A stretch of 53,969 nt of DNA from an archaeon (GCA_023259115.1 JAHFQW010000001.1:17929-71897); one strand, 5' to 3'. Shown: positions 19,722-29,670, counted from the first letter of the stretch. Made by a program: numbers and translations. Notes: generated by a model from the letters alone, not told the origin.

Positions 19722-19810
19722 TAAATGTGTGAAATAATCGAATATTAACTTACACATTTACTTATTAGTAATGGTGAACAAATATTCGAAAATTATTCAC
19801 CATTACTATA
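19717..19810. repeat. TATA-bounded double-hairpin element (family A), 94 bp
   Basis: AGTAAATGTGT/ACACATTTACT stem, TAT linker, then TAGTAATGGTGAA-17nt-TTCACCATTACTA. The leading TATAG includes the tuf stop codon. Confidence 0.8.
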
Positions 19811-19922
19811 TAATTTTTTTTTATTTGATTTATTTAAAAAAGAAATATTTATAAAGAGGAGCTAATCCCCACAACAATAGAAACATGATGAATGAAACAT
19901 TCACCCTGTACATGAGGAAAAA

Positions 19923-20237
19923 ATGACCCAACGAGCCAGAATAAAAATAGCTAGTATTGAAATTGAAAAAATCAATACCATTTGCAGCGAAATTAAAGAT
20001 ATCGCTCAAAAGACAGGCGTTGACATGAAAGGCCCAATTCCTCTTCCCACTAAAAAATTAAAAGTCGCAACCAGACGTTCTCCTTCCGGTGAAGGGAAAG
20101 CAACCTGGGAACGCTATGAAATGCGCATCCATAAACGCTTAATTGACATCGGTGCGGATGAACGTACACTTCGTTTGGTCATGCGTGTACCCATTCCAGA
20201 AGGACTCAACATCGAAATCGAAATGGTTGATAACTAA
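19923..20237 (+). CDS. rpsJ: 30S ribosomal protein uS10
   Basis: KGPIPLPTKKL...RRSPSGEG...WERYEMRIHKRLIDI; has its own TATA box at ~19848. Confidence 0.97.
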   Translation: MTQRARIKIASIEIEKINTICSEIKDIAQKTGVDMKGPIPLPTKKLKVATRRSPSGEGKATWERYEMRIHKRLIDIGADERTLRLVMRVPIPEGLNIEIEMVDN

Positions 20238-20297
20238 ATTTTTGTAGTTAACTTCTTAAATTAATACTTTTTAACATTAAATATTCCTCAGAAGAGT

Positions 20298-20345
20298 TAT
20301 AGAGGAGTTTGACAAGTTTTATAGGGTTATTCAAACCGCTCTATA
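20298..20345. repeat. Head-to-head pair of family C repeats
   Basis: TATAGAGGAGTTTGACAAG...TATAGGGTTATTCAAACCGCTCTATA, between convergent genes. Confidence 0.7.
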
Positions 20346-20405
20346 GTGCATTTTGTTATAATTCAGAACGTTTTTCACTTCTTTAAATTCAATTAATCTC
20401 TAAAA

Positions 20406-21662
20406 TCATTGATTCTCACGTTCACTCCCAAGTCTTGCTGCAATCGCATTGGCCACATCATCCCCAGCTTCAAACGTCTCACGAATTCGAACAAGTCGAT
20501 TGGCACTATCCGATCTTGCACTAGTTGAAAGCCCACCAACTAATGGCTCCTGGCGCGTTGCCGCAAAATCTATTTTTTTCACAGACTTTTCTTTTGGCCT
20601 ATAACAACTTATTTTTCCATCCAAAATATCCGTAGAGATTGCCAGCAACGAATTCAAATCTCTCTTCTCAATATCCCCCTGTAACAACTGTGCTACTGCT
20701 TCCACAAATTGCATTTGAAATGCCGAATTATCAATCATCTTCTGATACACAAATGCAATATCCGTATCACCAATTTGTTTTCGAACAATTCCCGAGAAAG
20801 GTAGTTCTCCCGTAATTTCTGCATATAACACAGCGCCCAAAGACCACCTATCTGCATAAACACGACTCTGATTTCCCCATATAACTTCCGGCGCCAAATA
20901 ACCTGCCGTTCCAATCGCCAATCCCACATCACGCGTATCATCAACTCGACAAGCCGTACCAAAATCCACCAAAGAAAAAATCGATTTGCCCGCCTCTTTT
21001 GCTTTACGTAAAATATTTCCTCTCTTCACATCACGATGTAAAATTCCCCATTTTTCTAACAACTGTAAATTCTCACACATATCTTTAGCTAACTTCACTG
21101 TATCCAACGGATGAATCAAACCCATATCAGATTCATGAGGTGTGACATACCTCTTATTTTTATCATCTAAACAAACTCCCTTTTTCTCTTTCATAAGCGT
21201 TCGCAAATATAACGTGTCATCTAGATAAAATAACTCCGCATTCTTACCCGTATCTCGACAAAATACCCGTCGTACAAAACGCTCTGGTGTATCTTGCTGC
21301 GCCAAATAATCCAAAATCTCAACCTGCCGCAACTTAAATCGAATATCATGTTGCTCTTTTGAAGATAATTGATATTTCTGCCCATCACATTCTAATACCT
21401 CTCCCGAAAAACCATACTCCTGCACAGGCCGTAACCCTTGGGAAAAATGTTCAGAGAAACTGTGAGAATTACGAGCGCCCGAAAGAACAGGCTCAATTTT
21501 AGTCAAAATGCTCGCACCCTCAAAAGTATACTGTTCACGTAAAACAACTGCTCCCAAATCATGCACCAACTCTTTCTTATCAAAACAAAATCGTTCTGCT
21601 AAATGAGGTATATTCTTAGCATAGCGAGATAACTTTTTGTATAATGACATTTCTTCAGACAT
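20406..21662 (-). CDS. Ser/Thr protein kinase
   Basis: HRDVKRGN, DFG, GTAGYLAPE and ADRWSLG motifs; divergent N-lobe. Confidence 0.85.
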   Translation of the reverse strand: MSEEMSLYKKLSRYAKNIPHLAERFCFDKKELVHDLGAVVLREQYTFEGASILTKIEPVLSGARNSHSFSEHFSQGLRPVQEYGFSGEVLECDGQKYQLSSKEQHDIRFKLRQVEILDYLAQQDTPERFVRRVFCRDTGKNAELFYLDDTLYLRTLMKEKKGVCLDDKNKRYVTPHESDMGLIHPLDTVKLAKDMCENLQLLEKWGILHRDVKRGNILRKAKEAGKSIFSLVDFGTACRVDDTRDVGLAIGTAGYLAPEVIWGNQSRVYADRWSLGAVLYAEITGELPFSGIVRKQIGDTDIAFVYQKMIDNSAFQMQFVEAVAQLLQGDIEKRDLNSLLAISTDILDGKISCYRPKEKSVKKIDFAATRQEPLVGGLSTSARSDSANRLVRIRETFEAGDDVANAIAARLGSERENQ

Positions 21663-21824
21663 AACAAAACCATAACGTAAACCATTTATAAATCTTTCTT
21701 ATTATTCCACTACAAAGTAACAACAACGAGATAATGAGTGAAACTCCCACAAAAATCAGAAAGTAAAAATTACAACAGTTGAGCAAACATAGAATTTATA
21801 TAGTAAAATGCCCATTCAAAAACC

Positions 21825-22070
21825 ATGCCCTCCTCCGAATTCTATCCTAAATCCTGGCAATGGATATTCTACCTGCTTGGCTGGATCTTTGGCACCCTCA
21901 CTCTCGTCTTCTGGCTCATGCTCTATATATCCTATCTCACTTACGACAAACCACAAAATCTCAAATTCATCAACAACAACTTCCATCGAAGAATCTATCT
22001 ATTTGGACTATGGACATCATGTATTGTAGCAATACTCGCAATTATATGGACCATTCTATTATTTATATAA
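21825..22070 (+). CDS. Small 2-TM membrane protein
   Basis: 81 aa with two hydrophobic helices; TTTATATA box ~30 bp upstream. Confidence 0.6.
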   Translation: MPSSEFYPKSWQWIFYLLGWIFGTLTLVFWLMLYISYLTYDKPQNLKFINNNFHRRIYLFGLWTSCIVAILAIIWTILLFI

Positions 22071-22088
22071 CAACTATTCAGAATTGAC

Positions 22089-23408
22089 CTAATAACACCC
22101 CAGCTCCTCATTCACCATATCCACAAATAACTTTGTCAAATACAATTCCAGCACATCCTGCGTCTGTGTTTTAATCACCATACTGCTTGCCAAAGGCGTG
22201 AACCGAACCACACCACCAATATTATTATTATTATTATTATCTGTAAAATGAGTAGTATCATTAAAACCACCATCATTAAACTTAACATCATTAAAAGTAG
22301 TATTATTCAACAGCATAAAATGATGTGCCACCACCTTCTTCTGCCTCAGAGCATATTTAAGTAAAAAACGCATAGATTGCAAAAAAGAAAAAAATGTATC
22401 TCCTGGAAGCCCATACATCAAATCAATCTTATATTTAATTCGTGAAGTATTCAAAAGCCCCAGTGCAACTCTTACTTTTTCCATATTCGTCGGTCGATTT
22501 GCCAAACGCAGCACCTCAGAACTCGAAGACTGAAATCCCAGCTCACAACGCAGCGCAAAAGAATACTTCTCTATCCTCTCAACCATCTCTGCATCAATTA
22601 ATTCCGGCCGTAACTCACAATGCACCTCAATCTTCTTGCCATACTTCAACGTATACTCCTCCACCATATCCAATAGGGTAAACATCCTCTCTTTGTGCGT
22701 ATTAAAATTCGCATCAATAAACGTCAGATTATGAAAAGAAAACTCAGAAAACAAATACTCTAAATTCTCCCGAAGATATGGTAATGAAAAAGTACGAAAC
22801 GCCGGTTTGGCATAATGACAAAAATTACAATTAAACACACAACCCCGCGCCGTCTCCACTCGCAGCGCTTGAAAGTGTTTCACCTCACTACATCGATAGG
22901 GAAAAGGAATCTCATCCAAATTCTCCACCTCTTTTTTCACCGTTTCAACTACACGTCCCTCTCGAACACACAAAATATTATGAACCTCCTCAATCACACG
23001 CTCTCCCTTCAAGAAATCAACCAACTCTTTTAATGCAATCTCCCCCTCCCCCACCACAATAAAATCAATTTCCGAACGCAAATGCTTCCGATCAACCTCA
23101 ACCCCCCCCAACACCACCGTAATAGTAGGATCAAGCACTTTAATTGCTCGTGCAAAATCTTGCGCCATCTCCCCGCTCCAGATATAATTACTAAACGCCA
23201 CAACCTCAGGCTTACTCAACAAAATATAAGATAACACCTGTAATTCCAAATTTTTATTCGTTTCATAACTCTGTCGATTGCCAAATGAAAACTCTTTCAG
23301 ATCAATCTCCACATCAGGGTGATATTTCAACAAATAGCCCTTCAAATACATAAGACCCAGCGGAAACACCGATTCTTGTACATTAAAACCGAGCAGTAAA
23401 ATCTTCAT
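22089..23408 (-). CDS. Cobalamin-binding radical SAM protein
   Basis: N-terminal PLGLMYL...AFSNYIW...VLGG...GEGE B12-binding domain; ETARGCVFNCNFC (CxxxCxxC); DANFN; GLPG. Confidence 0.9.
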   Translation of the reverse strand: MKILLLGFNVQESVFPLGLMYLKGYLLKYHPDVEIDLKEFSFGNRQSYETNKNLELQVLSYILLSKPEVVAFSNYIWSGEMAQDFARAIKVLDPTITVVLGGVEVDRKHLRSEIDFIVVGEGEIALKELVDFLKGERVIEEVHNILCVREGRVVETVKKEVENLDEIPFPYRCSEVKHFQALRVETARGCVFNCNFCHYAKPAFRTFSLPYLRENLEYLFSEFSFHNLTFIDANFNTHKERMFTLLDMVEEYTLKYGKKIEVHCELRPELIDAEMVERIEKYSFALRCELGFQSSSSEVLRLANRPTNMEKVRVALGLLNTSRIKYKIDLMYGLPGDTFFSFLQSMRFLLKYALRQKKVVAHHFMLLNNTTFNDVKFNDGGFNDTTHFTDNNNNNNIGGVVRFTPLASSMVIKTQTQDVLELYLTKLFVDMVNEELGCY

Positions 23409-24132
23409 GATTCACAAAATTCAAAACCCCCTCATATTTTCTTGTAACTACTGTGGTTGTATCTAAAATAGGTGCAGGAATAAATCTCTCCCATTTATAC
23501 TCTTTATAAAAACAATACTTCATCAAAACACATCCCGCACATTCTTTTGGTTTATCTCTGCTCAAATCTACTCTCAAATCCCCTCTCAACCCATCTCGAA
23601 TATAAATCTCAAATGCGTGCTTCACATCAATCTTACAGAGAGGAACATTCTTAACTATAGGAAATCTCTTCCACAACACCATCTCTTTAAATATATCCGG
23701 TATTCGTAACAATTCCTCCTCAGAATCAACAGAAATAATCACTCGATTGACACGTTCACATTGTTTTAAAATATCTGCTGTAAATAACTTAACTGGCACA
23801 ATTAACTCCAAATATAGTTTTAAATTGAGTTTTTTATCTAACTCAATTTTACCCAACTTAAGAATCAGCCCAATATCTTCTCCCTGTTCCAACACAATAG
23901 ATAGATAATTCACAACCCCGCCCGTTCTCTTAAAATCTACAACCTCCGCAATAACAGAATCTAATAAAGAACTAGATAACTGTAACCCTCTCAACCCATG
24001 CTTCCTTGTTTTCAAAATCTCAAACGCCCTAGTCAATTCCAAGCCCGATTCAACCACCAACACCACAGGTTTATCTTCAAATAACAATGTATAATCAGAC
24101 ACACCAATATACCATTTTTGCAACATAAACAT
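23383..24132 (-). CDS. Hypothetical protein with SPASM-like Cys cluster at C-terminus
   Basis: KNVPLC...KECAGCVLMKYC. Start moved to MFMLQ (AGGTG RBS) because the listed 5' extension lies in the repeat. Confidence 0.55.
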   Translation of the reverse strand: MFMLQKWYIGVSDYTLLFEDKPVVLVVESGLELTRAFEILKTRKHGLRGLQLSSSLLDSVIAEVVDFKRTGGVVNYLSIVLEQGEDIGLILKLGKIELDKKLNLKLYLELIVPVKLFTADILKQCERVNRVIISVDSEEELLRIPDIFKEMVLWKRFPIVKNVPLCKIDVKHAFEIYIRDGLRGDLRVDLSRDKPKECAGCVLMKYCFYKEYKWERFIPAPILDTTTVVTRKYEGVLNFVNHEDFTARF

Positions 24133-24156
24133 CCAAAATACACCTATTTTATAAGA

Positions 24157-24252
24157 ATATAGTAAACTACGTAGGATTTCGCACATGAATCATCGCAGTT
24201 TACTTATTAGATAACTGCGCCAAATGTGTTATAAACCGCGCAGTTATCTATA
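24157..24252. repeat. Family A double-hairpin element, direct-repeat copy 1 (96 bp)
   Basis: 93/96 identical to 25796-25891. Confidence 0.9.
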
Positions 24253-24261
24253 TCTTACATT

Positions 24262-25017
24262 TTATCGCTTCAAAAACTTCTCCACCCCTTCACGAAACGA
24301 CGGTGCCGCAACTGCCACTGCTTGCAATTCTTCCTCCAAACGCAACTGCTCATCAAAACGTTCAATAGTTCTACTCCTCATCGCTTTTTTAACCAAATTC
24401 AGAACCAGTGGCGAACGTCCTGCTAACTCTTGTGCTATCTGATAGGTCTCTCTTGCCAACTCATCAACCGTAGCATAGACTCCTGTAAGTAACCCCTCTG
24501 CTAACGCATCAGATGCTTTATATGTTTTTGCACGTAGTACAATCTCTAAAGCTTTCTTCTCACCCACCAATGCTGGAATCAAATACGTCCCCCCACACGC
24601 CGGAATTAACCCTCTCTCCACAAATGTAAACGCCAAACGACTCTGCTCAACCGCATACGTCAAATCACAAGCTAACGCAAACATCAACCCCGCACCAGAT
24701 GCCGAGCCATTCATTGCGCACACCACTGGTTTGGCACAAGAATAAATCTCTTTTGCAATCGGATCAAACAATGAACGATGCAATCGCACAATAGTATCTG
24801 TATCACTGAGATCCACACTTTTCAGATCCAATCCCCCGCAGAAAACCCCACCAGAACCCGTCAAATAAATAACCCGAACCTCATCAGACATACGTGCATC
24901 TTGAACAGCCTCATACAACAATCTCGCCGCAGGTTCATCCAACGTATTCGCCGCAGGTCTATTGAGCACAATTTTTGCAATGTGTTCATCCACACTATAT
25001 TGAATCATATCAGCCAT
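24262..25017 (-). CDS. Enoyl-CoA hydratase/isomerase (PaaG-like crotonase)
   Basis: LNRP...FCGGLDL...KPVVCAMNGSASGAG...ACD...GLIP motifs. Start set at MADM after a GGAGAGG RBS. Confidence 0.9.
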   Translation of the reverse strand: MADMIQYSVDEHIAKIVLNRPAANTLDEPAARLLYEAVQDARMSDEVRVIYLTGSGGVFCGGLDLKSVDLSDTDTIVRLHRSLFDPIAKEIYSCAKPVVCAMNGSASGAGLMFALACDLTYAVEQSRLAFTFVERGLIPACGGTYLIPALVGEKKALEIVLRAKTYKASDALAEGLLTGVYATVDELARETYQIAQELAGRSPLVLNLVKKAMRSRTIERFDEQLRLEEELQAVAVAAPSFREGVEKFLKR

Positions 25018-25034
25018 TTCAATTTCCTCTCCAT

Positions 25035-25757
25035 TCAATTTCTTCCAAATACTTTTCTTGCCCCTCTCATAAGTTCCGCCGCAAGTGTCGTAATTTCACG
25101 TTCAACTAATTCTTGCTTTGTTGGCGGCACACCAGAATAAGATATACATCGTGCACTAGATGTCAACAGACTCACAAACCCATTCAAAATATATTTTGCT
25201 CCTTCTTGCACTTTTTCTCCTTCATGCATAAAAATCGGATGCACCGGAAACACCGCAAGTGTTCCTTGTTCTGGTCTAATCCGTAGCACTTCACAACGAG
25301 CACTGCGAAACACCGTATCCCCTCCTCTAAAATTATCATTCAGATACAAAATATACGCAAAACGCCTAGACAGTGCCAGAACCGAAGAATCATCCGAATG
25401 AATAGGAAAGCCATCACCCACATTATATTTTTTCATTCGAGGATCTAGTGTATAAATCCCTGCTTTCACTTTTTCCAAAAAAGGTTCATACGCAATATGC
25501 TCATCCAAATACTCATCAATCTGCGCACGTAATTTTCGATAGACAATTCCTAATAATTTCTCCCCCTGCATCTTCTCATCAGTCATAATAATCTGTTCAA
25601 ATGTAATAGCAGAACCATTCAACTGCTCTTGCGAATTTCGCTTAGGAGTCGCCTCAAAATAATCAATCACTCGTGAACACAAATCAGGAGTTAAAACACT
25701 CTGATAGAGTGCCATCCCATAGGGCAATCCCGAACCAATACGTGTAATATCTCCCAT
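25035..25757 (-). CDS. 2OG-Fe(II) oxygenase (prolyl-4-hydroxylase-like)
   Basis: HSD...YILYLND-FRGGDTVF...FMHEG...KY (HxD...H triad). Start set at MGDIT. Confidence 0.85.
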   Translation of the reverse strand: MGDITRIGSGLPYGMALYQSVLTPDLCSRVIDYFEATPKRNSQEQLNGSAITFEQIIMTDEKMQGEKLLGIVYRKLRAQIDEYLDEHIAYEPFLEKVKAGIYTLDPRMKKYNVGDGFPIHSDDSSVLALSRRFAYILYLNDNFRGGDTVFRSARCEVLRIRPEQGTLAVFPVHPIFMHEGEKVQEGAKYILNGFVSLLTSSARCISYSGVPPTKQELVEREITTLAAELMRGARKVFGRN

Positions 25758-25795
25758 AATAAAAAACAACCCAAGAAACCTCCTCAATAATAATG

Positions 25796-25891
25796 ATATA
25801 GTAAACTGCGTAGGATGTCGCACATGAATCATCGCAGTTTACTTATTAGATAACTGCGCCAAATATGTTATAAACCGCGCAGTTATCTATA
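25796..25891. repeat. Family A double-hairpin element, direct-repeat copy 2 (96 bp)
   Basis: AGTAAACTGCG-22nt-CGCAGTTTACT, TAT, then TAGATAACTGCGC-17nt-GCGCAGTTATCTA. Confidence 0.9.
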
Positions 25892-26006
25892 ACAATGAAT
25901 TTACCTCAATTTTATTTAAACCTTTCCCACTAAATTATGTCAAAAACGTACACATACCACTTATTTCACAACCTTTTTAAACAACCACCCACCCTCATAA
26001 ATTAAC

Positions 26007-26774
26007 ATGATGCTGCGCAAACTCTATTTAGGCGAACCAACCACAACCGCCCCCTCATTCTTCAAAGATAGATTAGTTCTCTGGTTTGACGCCGTGACAC
26101 CACAAACCATGAATACTCTAGATACATTTCTAGGTGGAAAATATCAATTAAAACAAGAAGCACCCGCCGAAGAACTAACAGGAGTGGACATTGTAGAGTA
26201 TGCGAACCAATCTTTATTTTTTCTGGGAAATGAAACCACAAACCTTTGGAAACATTTGAAGGAAAAAAAAGATGAATATTTGGATTTACTATCTGATGAA
26301 CTTAAAGATAATACTCCCGGAAATGATATACCCTTTACTTCAAATGCATTAGAATACAGCAATGCCATTAAAAATGCATTCACACAAATCACAAAAAAAA
26401 TGACAAAATTACAATACCACCAAAACCTAGAACATCACCTCCAAACCGGCAGTTCCGCCATGCTCTTCTATGCCAATCAATTACAATCATTTAAAGCAGA
26501 CACATGGACAATGGACCATCCCTCAGACGATTGGAACAGCGAACCATTGCAACCTCAAATCATAAAACTATCATTCCAACCATTCAGAAAAGATGTTCTA
26601 ACAGACCTTATAGGAATCCTCTTCGGAGAAGACCTCAACTACGAATCTCCTCGTCATAAAGAAGTATTACAACAAATCGTCTCCGGAAAACTCACCGAAT
26701 ATAGAGGACATGCTCTCTGCGAACATCGTGAAGCAGAACATAAAAATAAACAAGCTGCTCAACCAGCTCTATAA
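26007..26774 (+). CDS. Hypothetical protein
   Basis: 255-aa ORF with no recognised motif. Confidence 0.65.
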   Translation: MMLRKLYLGEPTTTAPSFFKDRLVLWFDAVTPQTMNTLDTFLGGKYQLKQEAPAEELTGVDIVEYANQSLFFLGNETTNLWKHLKEKKDEYLDLLSDELKDNTPGNDIPFTSNALEYSNAIKNAFTQITKKMTKLQYHQNLEHHLQTGSSAMLFYANQLQSFKADTWTMDHPSDDWNSEPLQPQIIKLSFQPFRKDVLTDLIGILFGEDLNYESPRHKEVLQQIVSGKLTEYRGHALCEHREAEHKNKQAAQPAL

Positions 26775-26807
26775 AACTAAAGAGAAAATCATCTCATTTC
26801 TTCACAC

Positions 26808-28727
26808 TCAAACCTCCTTCTTCAACTCCATCAAATAATCTCGCAGCTCCATCGCCGCTTCAAAATCAAGCTTCTCCGCCGCTGCGCGCATCTGCGCCTC
26901 AACTTCAATCATCTTTTTGTGCAAATCAGATTTAGCTAGATGTTTTACTCCTTTTACCGAACGTTTTTGAGTTGTAATATGTTTAATAATGGTTTGTGGA
27001 ACAATGTTATGCATTTTATTAAACACGATTTGCTCTTCTCTTCTCTGTTGCGTAATTGAAATAGCACGACGCATAGAATCAGTAATTTTATTCGCATACA
27101 TAATCACGTGACCCGATTCATTACGTGCCGCTCGTCCAATCGTTTGAATTAAACTACGCTCATCTCGTAAAAATCCTTCTTTATCCGCATCTAAAATAGC
27201 AACTAATTGCACTTCTGGCACATCTAACCCCTCACGCAATAAATTGATCCCCACCAACACATCATACTCCCCCGCTCGTAACGCCCGCAACAATTCAATC
27301 CTATCTAAACTCTCAACCTCCGCATGCATATATCTAACACGTACATCTTTTCCCGCTAAATACTCCGTCAAATCCTCTGCCATCTTCTTGGTAAGTGTTG
27401 TCACAAATACGCGTCCACCCAAAGAAACCGTTGCAGCAATCTCAACGAGCAAATCTGTAATCTGCCCCGTAATTGGCCGCACAACAATTTGAGGATCAAG
27501 TAAGCCTGTCGGACGAATAACTAAATTAACCACCTGCCCACTTCGCTCCAGTTCATACAACGCCGGTGTTGCCGACACAAATATCACATGCTTCAAATAC
27601 TTCTCAAACTCTGAAAACATCAAAGGCCGATTGTCATACGCACAAGGCAGCCTAAACCCATACTCCACCAAATTCTTCTTACGTGAATAATCCCCTTTGT
27701 ACATCCCCTGCGCCTGCGGAATCGTTCGATGACTCTCATCAATAATCATCAAAAAATCTTTTGGAAAATAATCTAACAAACAAAACGGCGCACTCCCCGG
27801 CTCTCGACCATCCAAATGCCGAGAATAATTCTCAATCCCCGTACAATATCCCACTTCTTTAATCATCTCCAAATCATACGTCACCCGTTTACGTAACCGT
27901 TCTTGTTCCAGCAGTCCCAGTGTTGGTGCATAATCCTCCAACTCCGCAAGTATTGCCTCTGTTGCCTCTTTCATCTTCTTCTCTGGTGCAACAAACTGCT
28001 TGGCAGGAAAAATCTTAATCCCATCAAGAACCGTAATCACCTCAAGCGTCACGGCATGCAGTTCTGAAATCATCTCAACCTCATCACCACATAATTCGAT
28101 ACGAATAATCGTTTTATCATATGCCAAAAACACATCAATAACATCTCCTCGAACCCGAAACCTTCCCTGCTCAAGCACCTCATCATTGCGCACATACTGC
28201 ATCGCAATCAAATGCTCAATGATACGCTGCCGTGAAAAATTTTCCCTCAGCGCAATCCGCAGCGACATCTCTGTAAAATCAAACGGATTCCCCGCACCAT
28301 AAATGCACGAAATAGATGCCACCACAATCACATCATCACGTGACAACAATGCCGCCATCGTCTTGAGACGCATCTTCTCAATCTCCTCATTCACCGTAGA
28401 CTCTTTTTCAATATACGTATCAGACGTAGGGATATAACTCTCTGGTTGATAATAATCAAAATAAGAAATAAAATACTCCACCCGATTCTCTGGAAAAAAC
28501 TCCCTAAATTCCGTATACAACTGCGCCGCCAGCGTCTTATTATGTGCAAGTACCAGTGTTGGCATCTGTACTGCCGCAATCACATTCGCCATCACAAACG
28601 TCTTCCCACTTCCCGTTATACCCAGCAACGTCTGGCTCGCATACTTCTTATATCCCACAACCAGTTTTCTAATAGCTTCAGGCTGTCCACCTGCTGGTTT
28701 CATGGTAGTTGATAATGTAAATGCCAT
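26808..28727 (-). CDS. uvrB: Excinuclease ABC subunit B
   Basis: GITGSGKT, HNKTLAAQLY, YQPESY, DESH and QTIGRAARN motifs; C-terminal UVR domain. Confidence 0.98.
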   Translation of the reverse strand: MAFTLSTTMKPAGGQPEAIRKLVVGYKKYASQTLLGITGSGKTFVMANVIAAVQMPTLVLAHNKTLAAQLYTEFREFFPENRVEYFISYFDYYQPESYIPTSDTYIEKESTVNEEIEKMRLKTMAALLSRDDVIVVASISCIYGAGNPFDFTEMSLRIALRENFSRQRIIEHLIAMQYVRNDEVLEQGRFRVRGDVIDVFLAYDKTIIRIELCGDEVEMISELHAVTLEVITVLDGIKIFPAKQFVAPEKKMKEATEAILAELEDYAPTLGLLEQERLRKRVTYDLEMIKEVGYCTGIENYSRHLDGREPGSAPFCLLDYFPKDFLMIIDESHRTIPQAQGMYKGDYSRKKNLVEYGFRLPCAYDNRPLMFSEFEKYLKHVIFVSATPALYELERSGQVVNLVIRPTGLLDPQIVVRPITGQITDLLVEIAATVSLGGRVFVTTLTKKMAEDLTEYLAGKDVRVRYMHAEVESLDRIELLRALRAGEYDVLVGINLLREGLDVPEVQLVAILDADKEGFLRDERSLIQTIGRAARNESGHVIMYANKITDSMRRAISITQQRREEQIVFNKMHNIVPQTIIKHITTQKRSVKGVKHLAKSDLHKKMIEVEAQMRAAAEKLDFEAAMELRDYLMELKKEV

Positions 28728-28828
28728 AATGAATAGGAATAGTTAGTAAAAATAAATTATTAAATGAATTTTTTATTAAAGTATCGGTAAAAAAATAAGT
28801 GGAATGTTTTTCCAATGAGAAATCATAT

Positions 28829-29221
28829 TTATTTTACTTGGGGCAATAGTTTATTTTTCGTTAGTTTGTGATAACAAATATAAGACGCAACTAAGATGCC
28901 CAGGAAGAATAACGGGAATAGAGCCATAGCCCCGAATCCATCAACTGCTATTATACTTACAAAAGCAAAGATAAAATCAAACCCAAATCCGGCATATGCC
29001 CACTCTTTTATACGAGAGGGTACCTTCGGAATTATTAACGTAAGCGTACCTAGGACTTTAAATACAACAAGTATTACCCCAAAATAATCAGGATAACCTA
29101 AATGTCTAATACCCTCTTTTGCAAATTCAGTTTGAAAAGTCAGAGCAGGTAATATTCCCTCAAATAAAAAAATGATGATAGTTGATATCCAGAACATAAT
29201 TTTTATTTTTTTTATATCCAT
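28829..29221 (-). CDS. DoxX-like membrane protein
   Basis: HLGYPDYF...KVLG...KEWAYAGF. Confidence 0.85.
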   Translation of the reverse strand: MDIKKIKIMFWISTIIIFLFEGILPALTFQTEFAKEGIRHLGYPDYFGVILVVFKVLGTLTLIIPKVPSRIKEWAYAGFGFDFIFAFVSIIAVDGFGAMALFPLFFLGILVASYICYHKLTKNKLLPQVK

Positions 29222-29256
29222 TGTATTTACTCTTAAAAATGTTTATTTTCCAACTA

Positions 29257-29670
29257 TTATTTAATTGTTTCGATATATCTTTTAAAATTGTCAAGTATAG
29301 CCTGCCAACCTTTTCTCTGAAGATATTCTGAATTTTCATTCTCCATCTCAAAAGTCTCAGAGATATGAATACCTCTTTGTGTTTGTGTGAAATGTACTTC
29401 TACATTTCTTCCATCTTCAATTCTATATGAAATTTTTTTAGAAGGTATAATTTCAGTATATATTCCCTTAAAATCAAATCCAAAACTACCATCTTTAGCT
29501 TCCATACGTGAAAAAAATTTCCCACCAACACGTAAATCATTTTCTGCTTTTAGTGTATGCCAGTCATCCGAGGCATTATTCCATTTTATAATATGTTTAG
29601 GCTCAGTCCAATATGTCCAGACTGTTTCTATCGGAGTATGTACCATTGTTTTAACAGTGATTGTATTCAT
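29257..29670 (-). CDS. SRPBCC/AHSA1-family protein
   Basis: VWTYWTEPKHIIKWNNASDDW...DLRVGG...MEAKDGSFGFDF...GWQAILDNF. Confidence 0.88.
   Translation of the reverse strand: MNTITVKTMVHTPIETVWTYWTEPKHIIKWNNASDDWHTLKAENDLRVGGKFFSRMEAKDGSFGFDFKGIYTEIIPSKKISYRIEDGRNVEVHFTQTQRGIHISETFEMENENSEYLQRKGWQAILDNFKRYIETIK

Noticed and set aside
19717-19810. Simple intrinsic terminator of tuf
   Set aside because: It may contribute to termination (a T-run follows), but the same architecture occurs between divergent genes, so termination alone does not explain it.
24133-24186. N-terminal extensions of the ORFs listed as starting at 24186 and 25832
   Set aside because: Both run through the hairpin repeat; more plausible starts lie downstream (24132, 25757).
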